A stretch of 64,000 nt of DNA from Scenedesmus sp. PABB004. Its lineage: Eukaryota. A program made the position numbers and the translations under genes. A model generated the notes under the pieces. That model was given only the letters and a program-made list of their open reading frames with translations, was not told the DNA's origin and did not search any database. The stretch spans positions 806,001-870,000 of the forward strand of contig JABVCE010000013.1 of NCBI GenBank assembly GCA_014905635.1, written 5' to 3'. Shown in pieces: positions 12,670 to 23,740 of this stretch (the stretch's first letter is position 1; each line of letters opens with the position of its first letter).

Positions 12670-13401
12670 GCGCCGCCCGGCCCGCCGGCTGGGGGGAGGG
12701 AGCCCAGGGGGGCGACGGGTGGGCAGCCAGGGCCGCCGGGGGCTGGAATGCGTCCCGGGCCCAGCCAGCTGCGGGAGTTGACTGACAGCGGGGGCTGGCG
12801 CGCCGCCGCCCGCTCGCGGCGGCGCGCGACTGCGCCCCCGCGAGCGCGGCGGGGCGCCGGGGGGTTGGCGGGGCACGCATGACCCGCACGCGCGCGACGC
12901 GGCGCCGTTGTTTGTTCTCTCTCTCTCCCTCACTGTTTCTCTAGCCACACGCCCACACCTACCTTAACGACTGCCTACTGTGCGACGACGGCTGACCACC
13001 ACACCACCACACCCCACCCACGGGGGCGGCGGCGCGACCCCGCCCGGCTGGGGCGGCGGCGCCCCGCTGACGGGCGCAAACGAGCTTTAGCCGACGTGTG
13101 CATATCATACGCCGCCGGGCGCGGCGGCGGTGCATGATGCTTTGGCGCCGCGCGCGCGCGCGGTCAGCGCAGGTGTCTCAGGAGCATTGCCTTGCTGTAC
13201 ATGTGAGCCGCAGGCAGTTGGCAGGTCGTGTGTCGCGGCGCTCGCGAGCCGCACTTGAGCAGCAGCAGAGCGCGCCGCAGCAGGCCGCGCACGTGGGCAG
13301 GTGCTGTGCGCGTGTAATCGTCCGCGCGTGCAGCCCGCGTTCGGCGCCGCGTCCCCGCGCCCCGGCGGCGGTTCTTCAGCACGTGCCGACGCTCCGGCCG
13401 A

Positions 13402-13448
13402 CGGAGCCGCCAGTCCGCGGAGCCGCCAGTCCGCGGAGCCGCCAGTCC
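13402..13448. repeat. 16-bp tandem repeat (CGGAGCCGCCAGTCCG), about 3 copies, intergenic
   Basis: Read directly from the sequence. Confidence 0.85.
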
Positions 13449-13769
13449 CCCGCCCGCCCTGGTGACTGGTGGGGGCGCCCCGAACCCTCGATCCCACGCT
13501 CCTCCCGAGCGGTCCGATCACGTGGGCTCAAGCCCCTTGAGCCCGTGAGCAGCAGCGGCGCCGACGTTCGCGCGCGCCGCGCCACTCCGGCCGCACCGCT
13601 GCGGTCCGCCCAGCGCGGGCGCAGCGGTGACCAGTGCTTGGCGTGGAAGCGCCCGCGCGGACGCTCGCGAGCCAGCCGCGCGGCAGCGGCGGCGGCGGTT
13701 GCTGCCGCTGCTGCCGCTGCTGCCGCTGCTGCCGCCGCTGCCGCTCGCGCGACCGCCGCCGCGGGGCCG

Positions 13770-14480
13770 ATGGCGCCCGACGCCGGCCACGCGGGCGCGG
13801 CGATCTGCGAGGTCTGCGGCAGCGGCCACGCGCAGGCGGTGCTGGTGCTGTGCAACAACCACGGCCCCGAGTGCGCAGCAGCGCAGAGCGCGGCGCGGCG
13901 CCGCTGCCGCCCGCCCGCCCACGGCGCCGCGCCGCCGCCGCCGCCCTGACGCGCGCCGCCGGCCCGCCGCCGCCGCGCAGCCACCGCGTGGGCTGCCACT
14001 CGTTCTGCATGCCGGGCGACCGCTGGCGCGCGGCCGGGCTGAGCAAGGACTTTTTCTGCTCCACGTGCAGCGACTTCCGCAAGCGTGCGTGCCGGCGCGG
14101 CGCGGCGCGGCGCGGCGCGGCGCGGCGCACAAGCCGTAGCAGCAGCAACAGCAGCTGCCCACGCCGCTGCCGCCGCCGCCGCCGCCGGCCCCGCAGGCGC
14201 GTCCGAGGCGCTGCACAGCGCGCAGGAGGCGCGGCGGGCGGAGCTGCTGCGCCGGCGGGGCAAGGCCGACGCGGGTGCGCGCCCGCGCAGCGCCGGCCGG
14301 CGCGCCCCGCGCGAGCCGCCCGCACGCGCCCTGAGCCTCCTGAGCCCCGGCGGCCGCCGCAGGCGACGCGCCGATGCCCGACCTCGTGCCGGTGCCGGCC
14401 GCCGCGGCGGTGCGCGCCCGGCCCGCCGCGCTCGTGAGCGTGCCGCCCTCGGAGCAGATGCGAATCGATCACGCGCGCCA

Positions 14481-14522
<42 letters not shown>

Positions 14523-17500
14523 CGGCGCCGCGGCGCGCACGCCGCGCGGCGCCGCGCAGCCGCCGGTGTCGGCGGCTGCGGCGGCGGCCGCCGCCGCCGC
14601 CGACGCGGCGGTTGAGCAGAGCAAGCGCCTGATGGCGGCGGCGGCGCGCGGGCGCGGCGGCCGCGACGGCCGCGGCGGGCGCGGCGGGCGCGGTGGCCGC
14701 GGCGACGCGCCGCCGGGCGCGGGCGGGGCCCTCGGCTCCCCGCCCGCCACCGTGGGCTCGCCGCGCGCCACCATGGGCTCGCCGCGCGCCGCCGTGGGCA
14801 CCGCGGCGCGGCGCGGCGGCGGCGCGGCGGCGGCGCCCGGGCCGGGGCGGGGCCCGGACCAGCATGAGTACACTGTGAGTGTGGTCATGGTTCACATCAG
14901 CGGCCAGGTGGTGCAGGCGGGCGTCGCGACGACCGACGAGGCGGAGGTGCGTGCGCCCCCGCGCCGCGCGCCGCCGCGGCGCGCCGAGCGGCCGCCGACG
15001 CGGCCGCGTCCGCCGCCGACGCGGCCGCGTCCGCAGCTGCACGGGGTGCTGGACCTCCACGGCACGCTGAAGCGCAGCCTGGGGCTCGAGGCGCACGCGA
15101 CGGCGGCGCAGAGCGCCGCGTTCCGTGACTCGCTGCTGCCGGAGCTCGCCGCGCTGGCGCCGGGGCAGGAGAAGCGAGCGCTCACCGGCGGAATGTTCGA
15201 CCTCGACCTGCACCCCAGGCGCGGCAGGGGCTGGGCAGGGGCAGTGGGAGCGCGCGGGGCAGGCAACCGCAGCGGCGGCGGCTGCGCGCCGCCGCCGCGA
15301 CCCCGCGCGCTCCGCCGCGGCTGCCGCCCGCAGCATCGCGCGCTTCAGTGACGACCCAGCGCTCCGCTACTTCCCCCTCAAGTTCTTCCCCGCCCAGACC
15401 AGCCGCATGCGCATCAAGTGAGCGCGCACGGGGCCAAGAGCCGCCGCTGCCGCGCTGCGCCGTGCTGCGCTGCGTCCGACGGCGCGCCCGCGCCCGCGCC
15501 CGCGTGCCGCCGCAGGGAGCAGCTGCGCGACCGGCGCCGCTTCCTGGTGGCCAGCATGGGCGAGCGGCTGCTGGTGCTGCTGCCGACGGAGACGGGCGAG
15601 CTGCTGCTGCTGCAGCCGCGGCACCTGCAGGACACTGACGCCATGGTGGCAGAGGTGGTGGCCTCCGTGATGCGGGTGCGGGGGCCGCGCGGGGGAGGCA
15701 GGGCGCTGCCGAGGCCCCGCGCCCGAGGCCCCCGGCGCGGCGCCCACCCACGGCGGCTCCCCCGCCGCCGGCACGGCCAGGACCGCAACCTCGGCGACAC
15801 GCCCTCCCAGCTGGAGGAGCGCAAGGCGGCGGCGGAGGGCGACGCCGCGTGCGGCTCGCAGGAGGCGGAGCAGGAGGCGGAGCACGAGAGCAAGGACGCT
15901 GTCATGCAGGAGCTGGTGCAGCTGCACCAAGTTCGCCAGCAGCAGCGGCGGCAGCAGCAGGCCGGCGCGGCGGCACGGCAGGCGGCGCCGGGCCGCAAGC
16001 AGCTGCCGAGCGAGCAGCAGCAGCTGGAGCAGGAGCAGGAGCAGGGCGCGGACGCGAGCGGCGACGACGGCTCGTCGCGGCCGGCCCCGCCTGCGGGCGT
16101 GCAGGCTGAGCACATAGAGCCGCAGGGTTCGTCCGCTCCGCTGACCGGCCTGCCGGTGTGCGAGCTGCCGGAGGGCATGCGGCACGCGGCGCGGCAGCGG
16201 CGTCTGGCGCAGCGCGCGCAGCAGGCGCAGCAGGCGGAGCAGCAGGGTGCGCAGCTTGAGCAGCTGCTGGCGCAGCAGGCGCAGCAGCTGCCCGCCGGGA
16301 CGCCGCCGGGGCCGCAGCAGCAGTCGCCGGCCTCGTGGTTGCGGGCGGTCGCGAACGGCCTGCGTCATGCCACGCCCGGATCGCCGCTGCTGCACCAGGC
16401 GCGCCCGCCCAGCCCGGCGGGCGGCCCCACGGGCAGCGCTAGCACGCGCGGCGCGGTGGTCGAGGCGGCCCAGGGCTCCTCGCTCGCGCAGCTGCTGGCA
16501 GCCACGGGCTGCACCGGCGCCGGGGCCGGCGGCGGCGGCAGCCAGAGCGCCACCAGCGCGCGGCGCGGCGGCGCCGGCGCAGCGCTCAGCCCCCAGCGCA
16601 TCATGCCTCAGATTGGCGACCTGGCGCCGCTGCCGCAGCTGAGGTGAGGCAGGGGCGGCGGCGGGCGCGCGCGCGGCGCTGCCAGGCGGACCGCGCCCGC
16701 CCGCGCCCGCCCATCCGCCCCGTCGTCTGCCGCGCCCGCAGGCTGTTCCTGCTGTGCTTCCCGGCCGAGGCGCTGGCGCCGGGCTGCCCGCTCTCGGCGC
16801 TCGTGGAGGCGGCGGGCGCGCTGTGCGCCGCGGTGCACGCCGCGCCGAGCGCGCAGCACGCGACGCCGGCGGCGCTCGCGGCCGCGCTGCGCGCCGCGCT
16901 GCGGCTGCCCGCTGCGCCGCCGCTCGCGGCCCAGGCGCAGTCGCCGGGGCCCGCCGCCCCGCCCGCCGTGGATCTCACAGCGAGCGACGACGACGAGGGC
17001 GAGCCCGCCGCCGGCTGCTGCGTCGTCGTGGTGCTGCCGGAGCACGCGGCCGCCGCCGACCTCGCCGCCGCGCTCGCGCCCGCGGGGCTGCCGCTCTGGC
17101 GCCTGCTCGCGGCGCGCGCCGCGGTGTTTGTGCAGGGCGCCGGCGAGGGCCTGCTGAGCTGGCTCGGGGCGGCGGCGGCCGCCGCGTCCGCGCCCGGCGG
17201 CGCGCCGCTGCCCGCCCGGCTGCCGGCGCACCTGTCCACCTACCAGGCCTTCCGGGGCGGCCTGGCGGTGGTGGCCAACTGCACCACGCTCAAGGCCGCG
17301 CCCAGGGCACAGCTCACGCGCCTGCTGGGCCTGCTCGCGGCCGCGGGCGCCGCCGCGGCGGCCGCGCGCGGCGAGCTGGCCATGCCCGGCGAGTGGGCGT
17401 TGGTGCTGCCGCGGGACCACCTGGCGAGCCTGCCGGCGAAGCGGCGCGCGCTGCTGGAGCCGGGGCTGGCGGCGGGCAGGTGCGCGGCGCCCGGGGGCGG

Positions 17501-18111
17501 CGGCGCGGCGGCAGCACGGCGGCGGGGTGGCGCGGCCCGCGACCCTTCGCTGGCACGCGTGCAGATGAACGCGCGCGGCGTGCTCCTCCCGCAGGGTGGT
17601 GCTGCTCGACGACAAGCTTGCGCCCGGCACGCTGCTGCACGACGAAGAGCTGCCGGCCTCGGGTGCGCGCGCGTGCCGCCGCGACCGCGACGCCCCTCTC
17701 GGGAGCGCCCCCCATCTCACCTCTCACTCTCCTCGCATGCGCCACGCGGCGCCCTGCGCAGGCGAGGGCCTGCCGGACGCGCTGCTGGGCAACGCGCTGA
17801 GCCTGGCGGTGCAGCGCCAGGCGGCGCTGCGGCTGGTCGTGGTGGCGGTGCCGGACGTGGACGAGGCCCACCCGCCCAGCCTGGCGCGGCCGCGCGGCGA
17901 GGCGGAGCAGCGGACGCAGCAGCAGCCGCAGGAGCCGCGGCCGCCGCTCGACCCCGTCGCGCGGGCGGCAGTGCGGCGCACGCTCGCGGCGGGCGCGCGC
18001 GAGGGCCGGCTGCTGGTGGGCACGGTGGGCCAGGTGCTGCAGCTGCTCGAGGCGGTCGCAGCGCCGGCGGGCGGCCAGGCGGAGGCGGCTGCGGGCGGGC
18101 GCGCGCGGTGA
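13770..18111 (+). CDS. Large uncharacterised PHD-finger protein (paralog A) with RGG box, putative SPOC-like and C-terminal TASOR/Chp1-like domains; multi-exon
   Basis: Spliced N-terminus ICEVC...LVLCNNHGPDHRVGCHSFC...FFCSTC (PHD spacing); [20 protein letters not shown]-terminus alignable to the gene at 46853-51572. Gene existence is well supported; domain names beyond PHD are inference. Confidence 0.65.
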
Positions 18112-18318
18112 TGGTGCCGAGCCGCGTTGTGCAACGTGCGGCCTTACACCACAACTCGCCGCTCGACTGGCGCCCGCCCGCTCGCTCGCTGCCTCGGCCG
18201 GCCGGCGCCGGCCGGCCGGCGCTCAGCCAAACCGCCGCGACGCCGAGCGCTCGCGCCGTGCGCGCGCGGCTCGGCCGCCGCGCGACTCACAACGCCTCAT
18301 GGGGAGCCGAGGAGCTGA

Positions 18319-19306
18319 TCACTCCTCCTCCTCGTGCTTGGCCTTGGGCTCCTTCTTCTTGGGCAGGAGCATGGTGTGGATGTTGGGCGGCACGCCGGCT
18401 GCGGGGCGCGCCACGGCGCCGCGCGGCGCGCGCGGCGGCCGCGTCAGCGCACCCCCGCGCCCGACGTCGGGCGGGCGGCCCCAGCGGGCAGCCGGCGCGC
18501 GGTGCGGTCTGGCCAGCGCGCGGCGGGTGGCCGCGCGCGCACCGTTTGCGATGTGCACGTTGCCGAGCAGCTTGGAGAGCTCCTCGTCGTTGCGGATGGC
18601 CAGCATGACGTGGCGCGGCAGGATGCGGTTCTTCTTGTTGTCGTGCGCGGCGTTGCCAGAGAGCTCCAGCACCTGGCGCGGTCGCGGGGCGGCGGGCGGA
18701 GGGCGACGTGGCGCGCGCGTCGCGCGCATCGCGCACGTCGCGGCGCGCAGCGGCGCGCCGCCGCGCCTCGGCCGCGAGGTACTCGAGGACCGCCGCCACG
18801 TAGACTGGCGCGCCCGCGCCCAGGCGGTCGGCGTAGCGGCCTGCAGGGCCAGGCGGTGCGGGCAACCATTGATGGGCCGAGCCGCACACATGCACAGCAC
18901 AGCAGCGGCGGCAGCCGAGCCGCAGAACAAGCCGCACCCTTGCGGAGGTAGCGCGCGATGCGCCCCACCGGGAAGGACAGGCCCGACTTGAGCGAGTGAG
19001 ACACGGCCTTCTTGCGTTCTGCGCGCGCGGGTCGCGGCGGGTGTCGGCGCGCGGCAGCAGCGCGCGCGCGCGGCGCGCGCCGCCCGCCCGCCCGCCACCC
19101 GCCCGCCCCGCGCGGCTGTAGAGGGCCACCCGACCACGCACAGGTGGTGCGCCGCCCGCCCGCCGCCCCGCGGCGCGGGGCCGGCACAGCGCGGCGGCGC
19201 GCAGCAGCAGCGGTGGAGCGGGGCTGCCGAGGGCCGCGCCGGCCCGCCCCCCGCCGCGCGGGAGCGGCTCACCGCCCTGGGACTTGCCCTTGCCGCGGCC
19301 GGACAT
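18319..19306 (-). CDS. H2A: Histone H2A variant (4 introns)
   Basis: [132 protein letters not shown]. Confidence 0.95.
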
Positions 19307-19506
19307 GGCGCGAGTTGGCGCGGCGACGGCGGCGGGCGCGGACGGCGGCGGACGCGTGCAGCGGCGGGCTGCGGCGGGCTGTGGGCGCTCTGGGAGCGTG
19401 GGACGGGGCGCGGAAAGCTCGTGCGCGGTCGCGGGGCGTGGGGCGGGGATCGCGGCAGCTCAGCGGCTGTTCTTCGAGGTTCAACGCTCCCGCCGCGCCC
19501 GCGCGC

Positions 19507-21473
19507 TCACAGCTGCGCGACCAGGCGCTCCAGCATGCGCAGGGAGGTGTCGTAGTAGCCGCCTGCGGCGGCGGCGCGCGGCGCACGCGTTCGGTGCGGG
19601 CCGCGCGAGCGGCGGCAGCGCGCGCGGCGCCTCGCCGAGCCCCGCTGCGGCGCGGGCGGCGCCTCGCCGCGCCCCCCGCGCGCGGCGCCTCGCGTCGTGA
19701 GCTGCTCCAAGCTGCTCCGAGCTGCTCCAAGGCCGCCACGCCGCGCGCGCCGCACCGCCAAAGAGGTTGGTGTGGTTCAAGTAGTGGTACAGCAGGTACA
19801 GCTCCTTCCGCTTCTCAGCGAGCGGTGCGGGCGGCAGCACGGCGCGATAGCTCGCCCAGAAGTCGGCCGAGAGACCTGCACACCAGCTCATGCCGAACTC
19901 GGCCTCGTGATGCCCGTAGTACGTGGCGGGGTCGAAGATCGCCGGCGCGCCGCCCGGCCCGACGCCGGCGATGTTGCCCGACCACAGGTCGCCGTGCAGC
20001 ACGCTCGGCCGGATGTCGCCTGCGCGGCGTGGCCGCGCGCGGCGGCGTGGCCGCGCGCGGCACGCGGCGCGGGCTGGGCGCGCGCCGGCCTGGGCGCACG
20101 CGGCGCCGGGGGGCGCGGCACAGCGCGCAGCGCGCAGCACGCAGCGCGGGCGGGCAGCGCGGGCGGGCGGGCGCCTGGGCGCGCGGCGTGCCGCGCAGCG
20201 CGGCGGCGGCGCACCCGCAATGTCCTCGAAGAACACCTCCAGGTTGTCCAGCAGCTTGTCGCCCAGCTGGCTCATGCGGCGGTCGCCTGGCGGCGACGGC
20301 CGCGGCGGCGGCGGCGAGCGGCGGCGTGGGCGCGCTCACGTGGGCGCTGCGCGCGGCGGGCGGCGCGCGGGCTTGACTGGCGCGCGGGGGCGGCTCGCCG
20401 CACCGAGCAGCTGCAGCTGGTGCCGTAGGCGGCGCTCGCGGTAAAAGTCGACCCAGCTGTCCATCCAGCCATTGGGCTGTGGCGTGGCGCCGATGGTGTT
20501 GTCGACGCAGAACCCGAACCTGCCCGCGCGCGCCTCGGGGTCCTGCGCCCGCGTGACGGCGGCCGCGCGGTGCGGATTGGCCCGCCGGCCGGGCCGGCCG
20601 GCCGGCCGCGGCGGGCCGGGATGGGGCAGCCAAGCTCCGCGCCGCGCCGCGCCGCGCCGCGCCGCGCCGCCGCCGCAGCCGCGCGCAGCCGCCGCAGCCG
20701 CCGCGCGCGCGCACCGCCGGCTCGGCGAGGTGCATGCGCGCGAGCTGGCGCCCCATCTCTGCCTGGTCGACGCGGCCGCCGAGCGGGAGCGCCTCCATCA
20801 CGATGAAGCTGCCGCGGCCGTTGGGCGCGGGGCCGACGTGATACACCTCCGGTACGCGCACCGTCTTGGTCGCTGCGCAGGCACGGGGCAGCGCCGCCGG
20901 GTCGTGTCGCGCGCCGCCGGGCGCGTCGCGCGCCGCCGGGCGCGTCGCGCGCCGCCGGGTCGCGTCGCGCGAGCGGCGCGGCGCGCCCGCGCACCGTGCA
21001 TCGCGCGCAGGCCCTGCGCCTCGCCCTGGAACATCGAGTCGTCGCGGCCGCCCATGGCGAGCTTGACGAACAGCTGCCGCCCGCCCGCGGTGTCGTAGAT
21101 GTACGCGGAGCTCCAGTTCGAGCCGCCCACAAACGTCTCCTTCACGACTGGCCCCGCCCCCAGGTTGGCCTCGATCCAGTCGGCCGCCGTGCTCTGCACC
21201 CTGCGCCGCCGGCGGCGGCGGCGGGCGGGCTGGGCGCGCGCCGCGCGGCAGGCAGCCGCTGCGCGGCGGGCAGCCGCGCGGCCGGCGGCCGCTGGGCGGC
21301 GGGCAGGTTGGCGCTGCCGCCCCCGCCGCCGCCGCGCACTTGGCAGACGACGCCTGCGGGCGCATCGTGGTCCTGCTCCGGCAGCAGAGCGACCTGTGCG
21401 CCGCTGCTGGCAGCAGCCCGCCGCCGCTGGCCGGCGCGGCGCGCGTGCGCAGCAGCGCCCGCTGCTGCAGCAT
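19507..21473 (-). CDS. FN3K: Protein-ribulosamine/fructosamine 3-kinase, plastid (spliced; alternative ATG at 21551)
   Basis: FVK...MFQGEAQGLRAM, VRVPEV, FIVMEAL, FGFCVDNTIGATPQPNGW, PSVLHGDLWSGN, IFDPATYYGHHEAEFGMSWCAG, LYLLYHYLNHTNLFG. Confidence 0.93.
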
Positions 21474-21686
21474 GCTGCTGGGGCTGCTGCGGGCAGCGCC
21501 AGACCAGGTCGCGGTGACCGGCACGTAGAACGTGGCGCCGAGTAGCTGCATGACGGCCTGGCCGGGCCTCCGGCGCAGCGAGCAGTCAGGAGGGCGGTCA
21601 CTTGGGGTTCGCTGCTGCGCCGCCGCCGCCGCCGCCGGCGTACTTCCCGCCCAGCAGCCTCCTCCGACACCCAGACAGCGCGCGCC

Positions 21687-22292
21687 ATGCATGCGCACCG
21701 CGCCGCGCCCCCGCGCGCCCGCAGCGCGCCGCCGCCCGCCGCGCGGCGGCGGCCCCGCTGCCGCCGCTGCTGCCCGGCCCCGCGCGCGCAGCCGGAGCGG
21801 CCGCCCAGCGCCGGCAGCGAGCCGTTGCCTCCGCAGCAGGAACAGCAGCAGGAGCAGCAGCAGCAGCAGGGCCTGGATGGCGCGCTGGGCGCGGCCGGCG
21901 CGGGCCTCGCGGCGGCACTGGAGCGGCTGCGCGGCGCTGCGGCGGCCTGGGGCGGTGGCGGCGCCCCCGCTGCCGGCGCGGCGCCGCTGCGGCCGCGCGT
22001 GCGGACCTACAGCGGCATGCTCTCGCAGGCGCAGCGGCCGCGGCGGCAGCAGGAGCAGCAGGAGCAGGCGCTGCCGGAGCGCCTGCGGCGGCTGCTGAGC
22101 GGGCAGTTCCTGCGCGGCGGCGACACCGCCGGCGGGCAGGGGGAGCGGCAGCCGCTGGAGACCGTGATGGCGGCGGTGCAGTTTGAGCTGGCGGCGCAGC
22201 AGGCGGCCGCCGCCCAGGCCGCGCCGCCGGCCGCGTCCGCGCAGGCCGGCGAGCCGCTGTCGCAGGGCGCGCGGCATCAAGCGCAGGACGTT

Positions 22293-22378
<86 letters not shown>

Positions 22379-23501
22379 CGCAGGCGCGCCGCAGCCGGAC
22401 GGCGCGGGCGCCGCAGGGGCAGTCCAGGCGGTCGAGGCGACGATCGAGTCGGCCGGCGGTGCCGCCGCCGGTGTGTGGCAGGGCGCGGAGCAGGGCGAGC
22501 AGGCGCAGCAGGCGCAGCAGGCGCAGGCGCAGGCGCAGGGGCAGCAGCAGGCGCAGCAGGCGCAGCAGGCGCAGCAGGCGCAGCAGGCGCAGCAGGCAGC
22601 GGCGTTCTTCCCCGCAGCGAGCAACATGCTCATCATCGCCACGTGGGCGGCCTTCGCCGCGCAGTGGTGGCCCGCGCTGCCGGACCTGGGCGCGGCGCTC
22701 GCGCGCGCGCCGGGCGACGGCCTGCTGGGTCTGTTGCTGCTCTACCCAGACACCGGCCCCACGCGCGCGCTGTGCCTGGTGCGAGCCGGCGAGCCGAGCC
22801 GGCCACGCGGGCGGCAGCGCGCCCCGGCGCTCGGCGCGGTCGCCGCGCGGCGCGCCGACCCCCGCCGCGCCCCGCCGCCGGCGCTGCCGCCGCAGGACGT
22901 CGCGGCGGTGCAGGCGGGCCGCTGGGGCTGCCTCGCCACCGCGGGGCTGCTGCACAGCGGCCTGCTCAGCGTGGTCGTCGCGACGCGCGGCCTCGCCGAC
23001 AGCGCGCGCTGGCTCGAGCGCGGCGGCGGGCGCATGCGCCTGCTGGCGACCTTCCTGCTCGCCTCGGCGGGCGCCTCGGCGGCGCACCTGCTCGCTGGCA
23101 GCACGCCCGTCGGCCTGGCCGGCCCGGGCGCGGCGCTGGGCGTGTACGCTGCCTGGCTCATCCAGGCGCGGGCCCACCTCTCGCGGGACGTGCCGCTGCA
23201 GGGGCTCTACGCCTCGGGCGCGGCGCTCGCGGCCGCGTGCGTCGCGCTGGGCCTGCTGCAGCCCGCGGTCGGGCTGCCGTCGCTCGCCGGCGGCGCGCTC
23301 GGCGGCGCCTCGGCCGTGCGCCTCGCGCCGCCGCTGGCTACGGCGCTGCGCTGGGCGCTGAGCGTGCCCGCGCTGCTCGCCCTGCTGGCGGCCAAGCTCG
23401 CGCTGGACGCGGTCAGCGTGGTCATCGTGGCGGTCATCGTCGCGGCGGGCGCGGCGGTGCGCCTGGCGGCGGACGCGGTGCAGGGCGTGCGGCGCGTGTG
23501 A
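21687..23501 (+). CDS. Rhomboid-like membrane protein with transit-peptide-like N-terminus and polyQ; probably catalytically inactive
   Basis: GRWGCLATAGLLHSGLL, WLERGGGRMRLLATFLLASAGAS and six hydrophobic segments fit the rhomboid pattern; one probable in-frame intron about 22779-22895. Confidence 0.65.
22293..22376 (+). repeat. (CAG)27CAA trinucleotide repeat encoding Q28
   Basis: Counted from the sequence. Confidence 0.95.
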
Positions 23502-23740
23502 CGCGGGGAGTGGGCCGGGAGCTGGCTCGGCACGGGGATGCACGAGGCTGAAGGAGGTCTCGCAGGGCGGGCAACGCTCTCCGCCTGCACGCGTTACTCG
23601 TACGGGCCCGGTGCCGCGCCGCCGCCCGCAGCAGCTGCCGCCGCAGCCGCGCGCGCATGAGCGCGCCGGCTGCCCCGCCGCAGCTGCCCCGCCGCCGCGC
23701 GCCGCGGCCGCGCCGCCGCCGGCGCGGCGCCGCTGCTGGC

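Noticed and set aside
10733..19306. SCP phosphatase, paralog A and H2A as a co-functional chromatin cluster
   Set aside because: Suggestive but adjacency alone is not evidence in eukaryotes; needs synteny or co-expression data
22292..22642. Poly-Cys metallothionein-like ORFs (also 27820-27930)
   Set aside because: Antisense or alternative-frame readings of CAG/GCA repeats
19815..23543. 1242-aa minus-strand ORF and the many other long Arg/Ala/Pro/Gly-rich ORFs
   Set aside because: Shadow frames caused by stop-codon scarcity at very high GC; they overlap real spliced genes and lack coherent domains
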